The notes beneath the pieces are model-generated. The model ran no database searches, was not told where the DNA came from, and worked only from the letters and a program-made list of their open reading frames with translations. The translations under genes were made by a program, and so were the position numbers. A stretch of DNA of 64,000 nt from Octopus sinensis (lineage: Eukaryota), in contig NW_021833028.1 in NCBI RefSeq assembly GCF_006345805.1, positions 62,001-126,000 on the forward strand. The letters run 5' to 3'. Positions 40,001 to 51,959 of this stretch are shown piece after piece (within the stretch, counting starts at the first letter, position 1; every line of letters starts with the position of its first letter).

Positions 40001-40129
40001 TATAACTTATAGCAATTATACGTAATCGAAATGAAAATTGATTTTTATTTTCATATGAACAATTTTCAAAAAGTTCTTAAGTTCCTGGCGAAGTTTCTAG
40101 ACCAATTTTTACAAAAGCTGGTCATCCCA

Positions 40130-41990
40130 TCGGTCTTTCCCCATCTCCACGATCTGGGCTTACTGGCCCTAGCACCAAAAGAAGCTCGCTGACTCAAAAG
40201 CTCGTAAGATAATATTATTAACAGCGGATACCGATGAGCTTGTTTAACACTTCGTTTGCAAAGAGTGAGTTGACATTTCTAACGTCTATCATTTTTTTTA
40301 CATCTTCGACGATTTTGTTTGCAGATTTCAAGTCCATTTTTCAGTGCAGTACTAATGCGCATGCAGTCATCCAAAATGTTCCGAGGCCGATTATTGGCAT
40401 AGAATTCAACCATAACCCGGTGTTTGGCACAGTTACAGAGCATAAACAGACGAGTCGATGCAGGTTAAGCCTCTTTGAAAGGTTTCTGACGTGGATTGGG
40501 AGCGTAAATTTTTCCAGGTTTGTTAGAATGATGTTTGGAATGGGAATTTTAATCCTGAATCTTTCCACAGCATACATCCATCTTCAAAAGGCTTTTCCAA
40601 AGAAGATTCTGGGGATTTATGTAGAATCTCCAAAGATAGCCTTTGGATGGATAGTGAGATAACAAAAAGGCGCGAGGACAAGCTCCAGGGCAAATCTTGA
40701 GCCAGCTCCGCCAGAATTAAGTAGTAGTTCACATTGCGTTCACCTATCATCATAGAAATAAATGTTTAAAATAGACTCGGCGCACAATCTTAACGTATTA
40801 TCGATAGATTGCAATATTTCATCTTGTATACGGCAAAGAGAGCATCTTAATAAGCATAATAAGTCGGGACGTGGATGCAATTGTTGAGGAGGAAAAAGGC
40901 CGTGTAGGAGTCACGTAGAGAAAGGCGTTAAGAAAACGGGTCATTTAGCTCGGAGGTGGTTTTGCAATCCGGACTCTCCAAAAGAATCATTAAGGTGTGT
41001 TTGTTTTGTGCCTGCCAAGATTTCCGAAATATTCGCTATTATTAAGTCAAAATGTTGGGATTGAAATTTTTATGATGTCAGTTTTTTGTTGTTGACTTTT
41101 AGCCTTATTTTTGCTAGGGCAGGAACAATTTTAGATAACTCATTCATGAACATATCAACGGGGCCTCCAATAGTGGCATCGTCGAAGTACCAGCGGTTGA
41201 AAGGTGTCTTAACATTACGAACTACCTCGTTGAATTCCTGTCCGGGAATGAATTATTTGTTTGTCAAAGACATGCAAAATTTCGGACTCGTAATTAAGAT
41301 GATCCAGTCTCATGATTTCAGGCGTACACTGCAAGCACGATTCCAACATACAATTCTTCCTCAGGCTATAGAACGCGTTTGAGATATCCAGCTTTACTGC
41401 GAAGGTATTCGGGAAATTCTTACGTCGGTTGAAAAAAACCCTTGTCGCATAGACAGCGGCTTCATATCCGTTGAGAACACTAACTTCCAATTGACCTCGA
41501 GATAATTCAGCAGCAACACGGAGACATACTCTTTGGGCTGCAATTTTATAGACATTACCGAATGCAATAGAGTGAACACCGCCATCATTTTTTCGAAAAG
41601 CAGTAAAATGTGAATTAAAAAGAAGATCCCTAGCTAAGCATGGGATCTCAGCATTGATGATCGGTTAGACAAGTTTGGTAATAAATTTGATCAGGTAGAT
41701 TCCAACTTCCATAGTCAATTGAAAAATCATGTTCTTATATGACTCGGCTAGAGACTATTAATTCCCCCACTGTTACTCGGTCTGAAAAATCCCTTCCGAG
41801 ATTTCTTGGTAAGAAATTGACAATGTAGGAGCACTGTCTCGTGTTGGAAACTTCCCTATGTCATCAGAGGGCATTGGATGTCTGTTTTTTGAGGTGCTCA
41901 AAAGTCTCGGCAGTATATTCAGCAAGTGAATCTGCCGACAAAAAACTCAAACGGCTGCAGGGATGTTGCAATCCGTGAGTTCACGACTGA
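40130..41990 (-). mobile_element. Degenerate CRE-type retrotransposon
   Basis: GYEAAVYATR, KLDISNAF, WYFDDATIGGP, GLWLNSMP, RPMG. Confidence 0.8.
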
Positions 41991-42059
41991 CTTGGGTTTC
42001 GAACCACTGACGGGATTTTTCAAGAAACTAAGTGCATTGTTTGTTCAAAGATCAATCAG

Positions 42060-43005
42060 ATCTTCCTTGGGTTCATGATCATCTGACATAATTTTCAGAT
42101 TATAAGAAAATAGACTCAGAATCCATTCATTCAAAATATTTAGATCCGTTCTAAAATATCCTTCCAAAGATGTGGAAAATACTTATAAATGAGACATCAT
42201 TCCTCTACGAAGAGTAGGATTTATTGAATTGTCGACCACTTTTGAAGGTTGGGAAATTCGTGAGATTGTATATTTCTATTCTCCGACGTCAGAAATAATT
42301 TATTTTTGAATGCAGCCATTTTAACTATGTTAAAGACATCTATTCCTTTTGTGGACATTTATAATTTTTTACAAAACAAAAAATCTTCTTTCAATGCACC
42401 ATCATGAAAATACTTAACTAGTGCAATAAGTTTACCACAATAAGAGACATCAGTTGATTTGTCCAACTAAAAAGATATAAAAAAGACTTGATTTGATCTC
42501 TAATAATTTTTGACAAAATATCATTGCTTAACTCACATATTCGACTGTGAATCATATTATTGGATAGCGGGATTGATTCAATCTTTTGTCTTAACTCTGT
42601 TCCGAGTATTAATGAGAGCATTTCCAATGCACATGATTTAATCAAATTTTTTCCGACTGTATATGGCTTTTTAGACCTTGCGGTGTTATAGGCCAATTTA
42701 TAAGAGGCAAAAAAATCGGTTTATCAAAATATACAAATCCTTAGTTAGGAAGAGTCACTTGCGAATGCAAATCATATTGAGTTCCCTTGATTTTTAGAAA
42801 TTCAAAATCATTTTTGCTGCTATTAGTTCCACCATGTTTATTTAAAAGTCCTCTTCCATTTTGGAATGTTTCATATTCTGGTTAGAGAATATAACATCAC
42901 ATAAGAAAAATTTGGGTCTTTGGAGATTATCGATTTTAGTATATGTAAATCCAAAACGGACATTATCATCATTTTACTTTATTTTTTCATATTGTGCGTC
43001 ATGCT
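42060..43005 (-). mobile_element. hAT (ZBED8/Buster-like) remnant
   Basis: KKPYTVGKNLIKSCA..IESIPLSNN..RICELS. Confidence 0.75.
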
Positions 43006-43230
43006 TTTAATTCTTTAAAATGAATGTAATTAACTAGTATTTTATTGAAAAAATAATGTTAATCATGACTAATCTAGTAAGTTTTTTAAAGTCATCATAT
43101 TTATAAAATTTTCAAAGCAAAAAAAAGTTTTTGAATCATTTTTTGGTCAAGAATTGTAAACTCTAAATCAAATTCTCTCATTAGTAATAATAAATTTGAG
43201 GGTTTAAATAAAATAATTAAAGATAACATA

Positions 43231-44684
43231 CAGTGCGACCTCGAATTGGGGAAATTTTTCCCCAATTTTGAGGTTTTCCCCCAAAAAAAGGTTTTTCATT
43301 AAATTTAGGTCTCGCCTGTTCGATATCTCTCTTAATAATATAACCGAGACGGATAACTACAATTTTTATTTTTTAATAAAAAAATCAGTTAATTTTAATC
43401 GAGTGTTTTGTTTTTTTCGCATCGAACTCATAATATTTGCTTTGAATCTGAATAGATCAAGTACATTTTCCGGAGTCTCTTGCTTTAATAACATTTAGCA
43501 GCATTGTGAATGCGCATTCCGCATTGTTTATAACTTGTTGATCATCCAAATGTTCCATAAATTGTTCGCTGCAGTCCTCTTAAAATGATTCTTAAATGCC
43601 TTTATTATCCCTTGGTCACATGGCTGAATTAAGGAACTTGTATTTTTTGGAAAAAATATTACGTCGACGTTTGAAAGTTTGAGAGAAACAGCATGACAAG
43701 TTGCATTATCAATTAACAATGCTATTTTCCTTCTTTTCTCTCTCATTTCCTCGTTAAATCGAGATAACCAATTTTCAAAAATATTTTTTGTCATCCAGGC
43801 TTTGCACGAAGCATCATATTCAATGCCAATTTCTCTCAGATTCACACCTTTTAATACTCTTGGTGACTTCGTACGCCCAATTATAAGCGGTTTATATTTT
43901 TCTCCTGTGTAACTGCAACACAAAAGAAGTGTCATACGTTCTTTTCTTATTTTATGTCCGCTGTGTGACTCATTTTTTTCAACAAAACTCTTTTTGGAAA
44001 CAGCTTTATAAAATAATGCAGTTTCATCACAGTTGAAAATGTTTTCTCCCCCATAGTTTTCAAGCAAATCATTGAAAGTTGATCGGAAGTTTTCCACACC
44101 TTCTTTATCAGCTGATCGTGATTCGCCATGTAATATTCTGAATTTTATTTCGAATTGTTTCTTAAATCTGTAAAGCCATCCATTAGAAGCAGTGAAATTA
44201 TGATTTGAATTTCTATACGCAATTTTACGTGCAATAAGCTTTAAGGTTGGCCCATTAATTGGGAAACCTTTCGACCTGAGATTACGAAAAATCTCGTAAA
44301 CTTGGGCATTCAATTCGTATCCAATTGTCCCTTCGGATGTTGAGAAACCTTGAGCTAAGATTCCTTCCCTTTTCTTTTTTAGTCGGTATAGCATTCCTTT
44401 AGAGATGTTAAATCCTTCACAAATCATTTTGTCCTTATGACCCGACTGTATATCCTTGCAAATTCTGATCTTTTCACTTTGATTTAGTTTTCTAGGCATT
44501 GACTTTCTAAAATTTATAAAATAACTTTAAAAATTGATAATTTCAATTTTTTACCAGGTTAATTATTTCATTAAAAATCATCGTATTTTATAGGGATGGC
44601 AAAAATATTTCCCCAAAAGCAAGGTTTTCCCCAAAAAAGAGGGTTTCCCCGCTACTTGGTTTTCCCCAATTCGAGGTCGCACTG
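43231..44684 (-). mobile_element. Tigger/pogo transposon with perfect TIRs
   Basis: 24-bp TIR CAGTGCGACCTCGAATTGGGGAAA, TA flanks. Confidence 0.95.
43528..44499 (-). CDS. Tigger/pogo transposase (CENP-B HTH + DDE_1), 323 aa
   Basis: SNGWLYRFK, FNCDETAL, LIDNATCH, IQPCDQG (catalytic triad present); C-terminus may be truncated. Confidence 0.88.
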   Translation of the reverse strand: MPRKLNQSEKIRICKDIQSGHKDKMICEGFNISKGMLYRLKKKREGILAQGFSTSEGTIGYELNAQVYEIFRNLRSKGFPINGPTLKLIARKIAYRNSNHNFTASNGWLYRFKKQFEIKFRILHGESRSADKEGVENFRSTFNDLLENYGGENIFNCDETALFYKAVSKKSFVEKNESHSGHKIRKERMTLLLCCSYTGEKYKPLIIGRTKSPRVLKGVNLREIGIEYDASCKAWMTKNIFENWLSRFNEEMREKRRKIALLIDNATCHAVSLKLSNVDVIFFPKNTSSLIQPCDQGIIKAFKNHFKRTAANNLWNIWMINKL

Positions 44685-44689
44685 TAATT

Positions 44690-44850
44690 AAGATTGGGCC
44701 GGCTGAAAAGAGGATTCTGGCTATAATTTAGAAACTAATCGGAAAGAAGACCTTTGATCACCTGGAAACCAACTGGCTGTACCAGAGAATATGTATACCA
44801 ATCTTGCGAGGTAAATCGTTGCTATTCGCGGTGCAGCCACTGGCGAATCC
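44690..44850 (+). mobile_element. CRE-type 3' tip
   Basis: ETNWLYQRICIPILRG. Confidence 0.6.
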
Positions 44851-45459
44851 GAATTGTTTTACCATTCCATACTTTAAATCAGTTTAATATTAAATTCAAG
44901 ATACAATTATTAAAAATGAAGTAGAAAATGATGACGAGAATATATCTTATTTGGAAACAATAACCGCAATGAATACACTTGAAGAGAACATTTTCAATTT
45001 GTTTCCAAAAGCTTTGAAAGATTATTAAATTTCAGAAAAATATTAGGAATGAAACAAAAAAATCTGCAACCTGAGGGAAATTAACTGACTATTTTCTTAT
45101 CTTTTTTAATAAATTTGTTTTTAAAATCTATAAAAAACATTATTTATTAATAAATTTAATAAAAAGCAAATTTAAATCGGTAAACTGTAGATAAATCTAA
45201 AGAAAATATCGAACCTCAATTTTTGGGACATTTTTTAAATAGGTGCTCCAAATAGAGGTAATACTTTATAATGATCTGATTTGGATTTATGAAGCTAAAG
45301 ATACTTATGTGCCACACGACAAGCTTAATGCTGTGAAACCATAAATCCGGGTGAAGCCATAGAACTTCCAGCAAAAAAGTAATTTCACTGCGGGTTTGGT
45401 AAGATGTGCACAGTTAATATGCCATAATTTATTACACGTTGAACAGAAAACATCACATT

Positions 45460-45765
45460 TCCTTGTGTTGTTGAAACCCATTCCAAAACTAACATGGTCT
45501 CTTCTGCAGTTTCAGCCTCTACTGCAGAAAAAAGAAAAATTGCCAAATATGCAAATCTTGGTCAACGGTATTGTTTCATTTCTATCTCTGTGGAGAAATC
45601 TGGGGTAACCGGTCCTCTAACGACTTCTTTCATCAAAGAAATCCGAGGAAAAGTCGCTATGCGAGGTGGGGAGCCTCGAAAAGTGTTATGGTTGTTCCAA
45701 GAAATCGGAATAGCTGTTGTTTGAAGCAATGCACACTTCATCAAACGTGCAGCTCGTAAAAATCG
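45460..45765 (+). mobile_element. CRE-type REL fragment
   Basis: AEKRKIAKY..FISISVEKSGVTG..WLFQEIGIAVV. Confidence 0.75.
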
Positions 45766-46022
45766 TAAATAGCTTTGCCGCAAATGAAAACGACATGTTG
45801 ACATATCGCCCATCTTGCTCAGGCCGGTTTGATCACTAGCTATATTTTATTATTTGAATTATCTTTCTCTAAATTTAAAAAAAAAATAAATGTCCCTGGT
45901 TTTTGAACAGACTGGTTTCAATTGTAAAGCAGTCAACACCAGATTCCTTTTGTATGATTAGAATTGAGTTCAAATCTTAATATAAATAGCGAGAAAAAAT
46001 TAAAAATCCAGTTACTCCAGGG

Positions 46023-46279
46023 CAGGGGTGGCCAACATTTTTCACCGGCGATATATTTTAATAACAGAATTTTTATTTTATAATTAAAAGTTAATGGGAT
46101 TTTTGGCATTGTAATTCTCTTGCGATTATTTTGAATTCTGACTTATATGAGCTTAGTGTTATTCTCACGGAATCATCAAGATCCGTTAAACAGGTCCTGT
46201 ATTGTCTTGTATCCCGTATTTATATAGCAAAGGCGATTGACCAAGAAATGCGCCGCGATCGACTGGTTGGCCACCCCTG
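46023..46279. mobile_element. Non-autonomous hAT derivative (MITE) of the 19740-21150 family
   Basis: TIR CAGGGGTGGCCAAC at both ends; interior resembles 19810-19945. Confidence 0.82.
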
Positions 46280-46939
46280 GTCTAGAGAATGAAATTATTG
46301 GAACTTAATTAATTATTTTAATTTTCATTCAAAAATTACTACATAAATTTGTTTATCCGAATACAGCATCGAAGCTCGAGAGAGATCAATTCCTAGTTTG
46401 TGGAATTTCTGCGTTGTGACTATCTGTGTTTCCATACGACTTTTACATAGAAATATGACTTGTCTACTCTGGAAAAAATTCTATCAAATCAATCAGGAAC
46501 AGTAGTTTTGTGGAGTCGTTAGAAAGATTATTGATCTGAGATTTTCCTCCGGTCAAACTTAGCCTAATCAACCTCCTGGGAGTACTGCTTAAGTGTTCTT
46601 TAATAGAGTGGCCATACTCTTTTTTATGTTACGAAGAATAAAGTTCCTCTTTCCTTTTAATAGGGCTGTCTCAAAACTTTGTGTGTTCTTGATACTGAGT
46701 TTATTTGTTTATTGTATAGATTATCGTCTTCTTGAGACACCTTTCAACAGAGACCTGATAATAGTCCTAACCCCAACATTTATTAGATAAACATGTTTTT
46801 TAAACAGTTTCTAAATTAATGTAAAAACAAAACTACTACAATTTTTAATCTATTTTCTGTTAAAAATATTCATCAAATGAAAATAAAACAATCAGACACA
46901 AATAAAATACCAAACAATTTTTAAGAAGTGCTTTTCCAC

Positions 46940-48360
46940 ACTTTTATAGGAAGTGCGATACACCGTCGGGTATTTGCCCGTTGTCTCTTGAGAGGCCCGG
47001 TGGTTCGAGATGCGAGGAGACTCCAGAGGCCTCGAGGGCATTCTTGACAATGTTGTTCAGCCCCGAATGGCGTGGGAGTCGGCCTGCACTCACCGGCAAG
47101 ACAGAGGGTGGAGGCCCTTTACGTTGACGTTATCCCCGCATCGGCATTCGTAAGGAGTGCAGATTTTTAAGCCGAGTCGGAGAGAAATTCTGATTCTTAA
47201 GCATTCTGGGTCTAGCAAGTTTCCTGCTGCAGGAGAGGGATAGACGTTAATCCAAGCGCCCGTACGTGGAGATGCTCCTGAAAACGGAAACAAGGTGAAG
47301 TACGGAGTGGGTACTCCAACAGCAATTAGGCGAACACCGCTGTCTTTTTTTAAAAAAAAGAAACAGGTGGGCTGAGAAAGAGTCTACGAGCAAAAGCAGA
47401 CAAATCTGAGAGAAAAAGGTTGTTGACTAATGCCGTGATCAAGTAATGAACAGCGGGCCTGTTGGGCCAATTACGGAGGAAATTAGACTGCAAAGGTGAC
47501 TTGGGCGTAGGTCCTCAATCCCTGCACTGCTGCTAGGCGAAAAGGATTTAAGAGCGCGGCTGCCCACATTTTTCGTGGATTTCTAAGGGAAGTGCGTAGC
47601 TTCGATAGCTAGAAATGGCCCGAGGTTGCAGGTGCTGGATGGTGTTTGGTCTTCAAAGTGTTAATTACATGTTTGGTCGATGGGAGTATGCCGCTATTGG
47701 AGGCCAGAACTCTCATGGCTGCTCTGTTGTCGCCCTCGATTAATTTTGACATGATGTGGGACCCAAGAGAGTTGGAATCGAGGACTGTAGTGCCGGCGAC
47801 TTCGACATGGCTTGCAAGAATCGAGCTGAGAAAATCGTCCTTGGCAAATTGATTCATACAAACCGAGATGTTGTTTTTTACGCCTGTGGCAAGAGAGCGA
47901 TCTGATTTCACGTATTCTAGACTAAAACTAAGTGCCAAAAAAGGAAATAGGATGATTTGGACCCAAGCGGATTAGGATAGAGACAAAAAGATGTCATTTA
48001 TTAGAAAGGCCAAAAATTCGAAAGCAAGCGGCCTTAAGGATTTTCACGAGCACAAAGCGGCTGCGGCGGAGAAGGAAAATGCAGGAAGGACGTCTTCTGC
48101 GGAGAATTTGTCCGGGCAAATAGCGTCCGCAAGGGGTTTCCGTGATGGAACTTTTGGGTTTCAGAGGGGCTGAAATAGGCAAGAAGGACAGGACCAGCAT
48201 TTTAGTGCCAGTGCCTTACGTTTACAAATGTTTGGCCAGTACAAGTGGAAATACTTGTTACAGGAGAAGCAGCGAAGTGCGTTATTTATGAGAGCTGAAG
48301 ACAGACAGTCCTTGTTAAGCGTAGATTCACGGAGGAAACTGCGGGTGGTTGTGATATTTA
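46940..48360 (-). mobile_element. CRE-type retrotransposon 5' part with PHD-like finger, internally deleted
   Basis: CFSCNKYFH..WSCPSC, KLIEGDNRAAMRVL, GAWINVYPS, CRCG..HPLSC. Confidence 0.78.
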
Positions 48361-48631
48361 TGTCATATAAATAAGAGAAAACAGAATGAATGAAAAGAGG
48401 TGAAAGGATAAGTGGAAACGAGGGTGAATTGAAAAGAGTAAGAAAGAAAAAAAAGATGGATAAAAAGGAAAAGGATCAAAGGGATGATAACAACTGAGCA
48501 AAGATGCTACAAAAAGACAAAGACCAAAAATACAAGAATCAAGACACCACAACTACAAAGAATTTAATAAAATAAGACACCCAAAAACCAAAATCCCCAA
48601 ACGATATTAGTAGATGTTAGTATAAAATCAA

Positions 48632-50338
48632 TTAAGAATACTTGGAATAAACTCAAATGGAAACGTCTGATTTTTTCAAGCATACCCGCAAGACTTGGAT
48701 ATCTTGCAAAATCGTAGTTCGGAAATGGTAAGTTCCCTCCTTCTGACAAAACCCAGTACCGGGAACCAGGCAAACTCCAACGTTTTTCAACATTTCAAAA
48801 CAGTAAAATCCATCAGGACTAAGATTTCGTTTCTATTTTAAAACTATCAAAATGCCAACCTCTGCTTCTTTGACGAGTTTATCCGGAAGGTATATCTGCG
48901 GGAAAGAATACATTGCCCCCCTTTAACTCAACACAAGACATATGCTCCATGGATTGAAATGATTTAGTCACCAAAATAGACTTTTCCTTCAGCTCGTTCA
49001 ACACTTTCTCCTTTTCCTGCGAGAACATTCATGAAGGCTCTCCTGGAGTGGGATGGTTGACCATTGCGTCAACACCACCTAGAAAAAACTCAATCACAAA
49101 ACCTGTCCAAACACAGTACAACACAGTCGAGCCGTGAAGACTTGTTGGATCTGAAAAGCCACCTCCGGGTCAACATTGAACATTTCAAAATATCCTCCAC
49201 GTGCCCCACATCTGTAAAGTTAAACACAATATTGAACTCTCCCATGTATCCCTTAGACACGGACATGAAGGAAAAGAGTTCGACGGAACTGTACTCGGGA
49301 CCCATTTCACAAAGCACTTTTTTGAACGACCAAAACTTTGCATTTTGTGCGTACACTTTGTTTATGTTGGTAGACCTTTTCGGTGAAGCGGAATTGAACC
49401 TCATCAGCAAGAATGGCCAAATTGGGTCTCCTGGCAAACTCAATGATGAGTTCAATATTCTCTTTCTCAAGGACCGACCCATGGGGTTTCCAGGATTGAT
49501 TACGACAATAGCACGTGGAGAACACTCCTTTTTTGAATCGGCAATGGATCTCTCAAGTTCTTGAAGTGTAGCGACCAGTCTTTCTCTTCGTTTAATAGTA
49601 GTTTATTTGATTAAGATTGAGTTGGTGAGTGGTGGCACTGTACAGAGGGTACTGAGGGATTGGAATCATCACCCCCGACCGAGGACCCTCTTCTGATATG
49701 AACATACTCAACACAGTCTTGCTTAGTCCGTGAATATACCTTAATTCCATCGCTTGCTCCGTTTGTGAGGATAATGTTGCCAAAGTCTGAGGGATGCCCG
49801 TCTCTATTTTCAATGTATTGGGCCACATGACGTCGAATTATTTCAATTCCTGGACTTGGGCTGTATGAGCCTAGGAATGTTCATTTTTGAATATTTTTGC
49901 CTATGCTTGAACCACCACAGCCCGACAGGATGGCCTGCGCCCGTTCAACCACGTCGGAGGGGAAAATGCCGGATTTCAGAGACCAGAAGGATAAGAACAG
50001 GCGGCGGACAACTACACAGATTGGACTAATTAGGTTACCTGTCTTATAAAGGAAATTGGTTTTTGACCGCAGGCATGACAGTCTCCGACTTGGCCATCAT
50101 TACAGTGTCGAAAGGATGAGTTTTCCCCTAAAATTATATTTTTGATAACTTGTTTAAGTTCAGATGTGAGTTCATTTGCCAGAGTGACAATCGGTCCACG
50201 GACGGCATATTCCATTTTTCGAGCGTGGGGATTCATGTTATTAATTGTTAGGGACTTGTATCGTTGCGGGGTAAATTTCCTTTTATAAAAAAAGAATAAA
50301 AACCATCGAATAATATTGCAAGTGAAAGATCGTGACAT
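48632..50338 (-). CDS. GPT: Alanine aminotransferase; several single-base frameshifts as assembled
   Basis: [70 protein letters not shown]; GC-AG intron 49871-49900. Confidence 0.88.
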
Positions 50339-50419
50339 TACAGGCGTAATTTATATTTTTTTAATATTTTTAATTAATACAACAAATATATTCTAATTAA
50401 ATAAACAAAAATAAAAATC

Positions 50420-50600
50420 GCCTTGGAGTCTTCCGGGATCTTCGGCCCCAAGACACTTCGCTTCCTTCGCTCGCTTGGTCGACGGATTTCTAGGACAAAT
50501 CAAGAGTCATTTGGCTCCTGGAAGTCTGTCGATTGCTATGATCCGAGGACTTCGCCATTCAAAGGCAGGCCGGGTGTTTCATAAGGCAATTAATTATTTA
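50420..50600 (+). mobile_element. CRE-type 3' tip, same subfamily as 3642-3885
   Basis: Nucleotide similarity to reverse complement of 3720-3885. Confidence 0.75.
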
Positions 50601-51959
50601 GCTAGCTTTTTTTTTCTTACCTATATAACGGTTTCTTCATTCTCAGAAGCAATTCCTGTTTCTTGCAAATGGATCTAACCTTGCATACGACGTAATTCTG
50701 AAAAAAGCTGCTGAATCAGTCCTCAAAGTCCACCTCGATGCTCCGGGATGGGCCCAATGCTCGCTTCTGCTGAAATTCGGAGGTGCGGGAATCCGTACTG
50801 TATCCGATTTAGCACTCCTGGGATATCTACCCTCCCTTTCGATGTACAACAACCTGGCCTCGGAGATTCTACTCAAACCTTTCGGATCTTGCCTGGACGG
50901 TGCTTTGTCGAATGGGCTTGCTACCTGGGATTGCTCCTTTTCTGAAATATTCTAAATATTCCATTAATTTCGTGAATTTTAAATTTTTGAATATTTTAAA
51001 AGCCAAATAACATTCGTTCAGACAGTTTAATAAATAGCCTGCGGTCTTCCTGGAGCCTTAAAGTGAGTTTTCGTAGATCACTAGCTAACTCCGAATATCC
51101 ATTTTTAGATCTTTTTGGGTAACCCAGTTAAAATCAATAATTTACTGACTGGTTAGTCCAGAATATCGTTCTGCTATTCTTATGTAGTTATTCTATTTAA
51201 AAGTCGTTGTTATGTTTTGCCATTTTTTAGAGATTTGTGACTTGGAATATCAGCTTTCGTTTAAAAATGTTCTCCGAGACTCCACGATAATTTCATTAAA
51301 GCTAGCTTCCCGGGTAAACGACCTGAAGGGGTTCATGTCTTTCATTGACCAGACTGGACATATTTTAGGCCTCCTTAAAGTCTTGTTGTTACCTTTCGAT
51401 TTCCCATATACCTTGAGGTGTGTCTCCCCTTTATTAGTGACATGCGGCTAAGAAAGAATTATTTGGAGGCCGCACATTTTGGAAAAGGCAGTGAAAGTAG
51501 TGATGACCAAGTCAGTAAAGGAATTAGTTGAATTAAATAAAGTCAGTCAAGCATGTTGGAATATTGAATAAAGAGCGAGTTGAGTTATGAATGTGATTTA
51601 GTGGATGGTGAATGTCTTGCTTTTCTCATTAGTGATGTCATGTGGACATAATAGCACAAAAATCCATTATGTGAAGTATAAAAAAGTTTTCATACGAAAT
51701 GCCTTGATATTGGTGGATAGTGAGGTGGGTCACTACCGCAGTGATATGATAAGATTGTTGCATCGTTGTGGTGAATATGGTCAAATATTAAAGGAGTGCT
51801 CTTCTGTGCATACTCTTTCTTGGCCATAAATCAATTTTTTGCACCAATAACCGTAGGGATCTTCGGTCCGGAATCACTTTCTTTTTTCCGTCGGCTAAGA
51901 CGAAGATTGTTAAGAAAAGGAAAAATCCCAAAGAGGCTTGTCATCTACTCTATACTAAC

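Noticed and set aside
48358-48552. Phe/Leu-rich ORF resembling a membrane peptide
   Set aside because: Product of the pyrimidine-rich low-complexity leader of the CRE element
49064-49564. 166-aa plus-strand ORF and similar antisense ORFs in the track
   Set aside because: Antisense shadows of real genes or TE ORFs
49871-49900. GC-AG intron in GPT
   Set aside because: Plausibly real but an ordinary minor U2-type variant
50600-51830. Exon-like minus-strand segments upstream of GPT
   Set aside because: No recognisable product; region probably indel-prone
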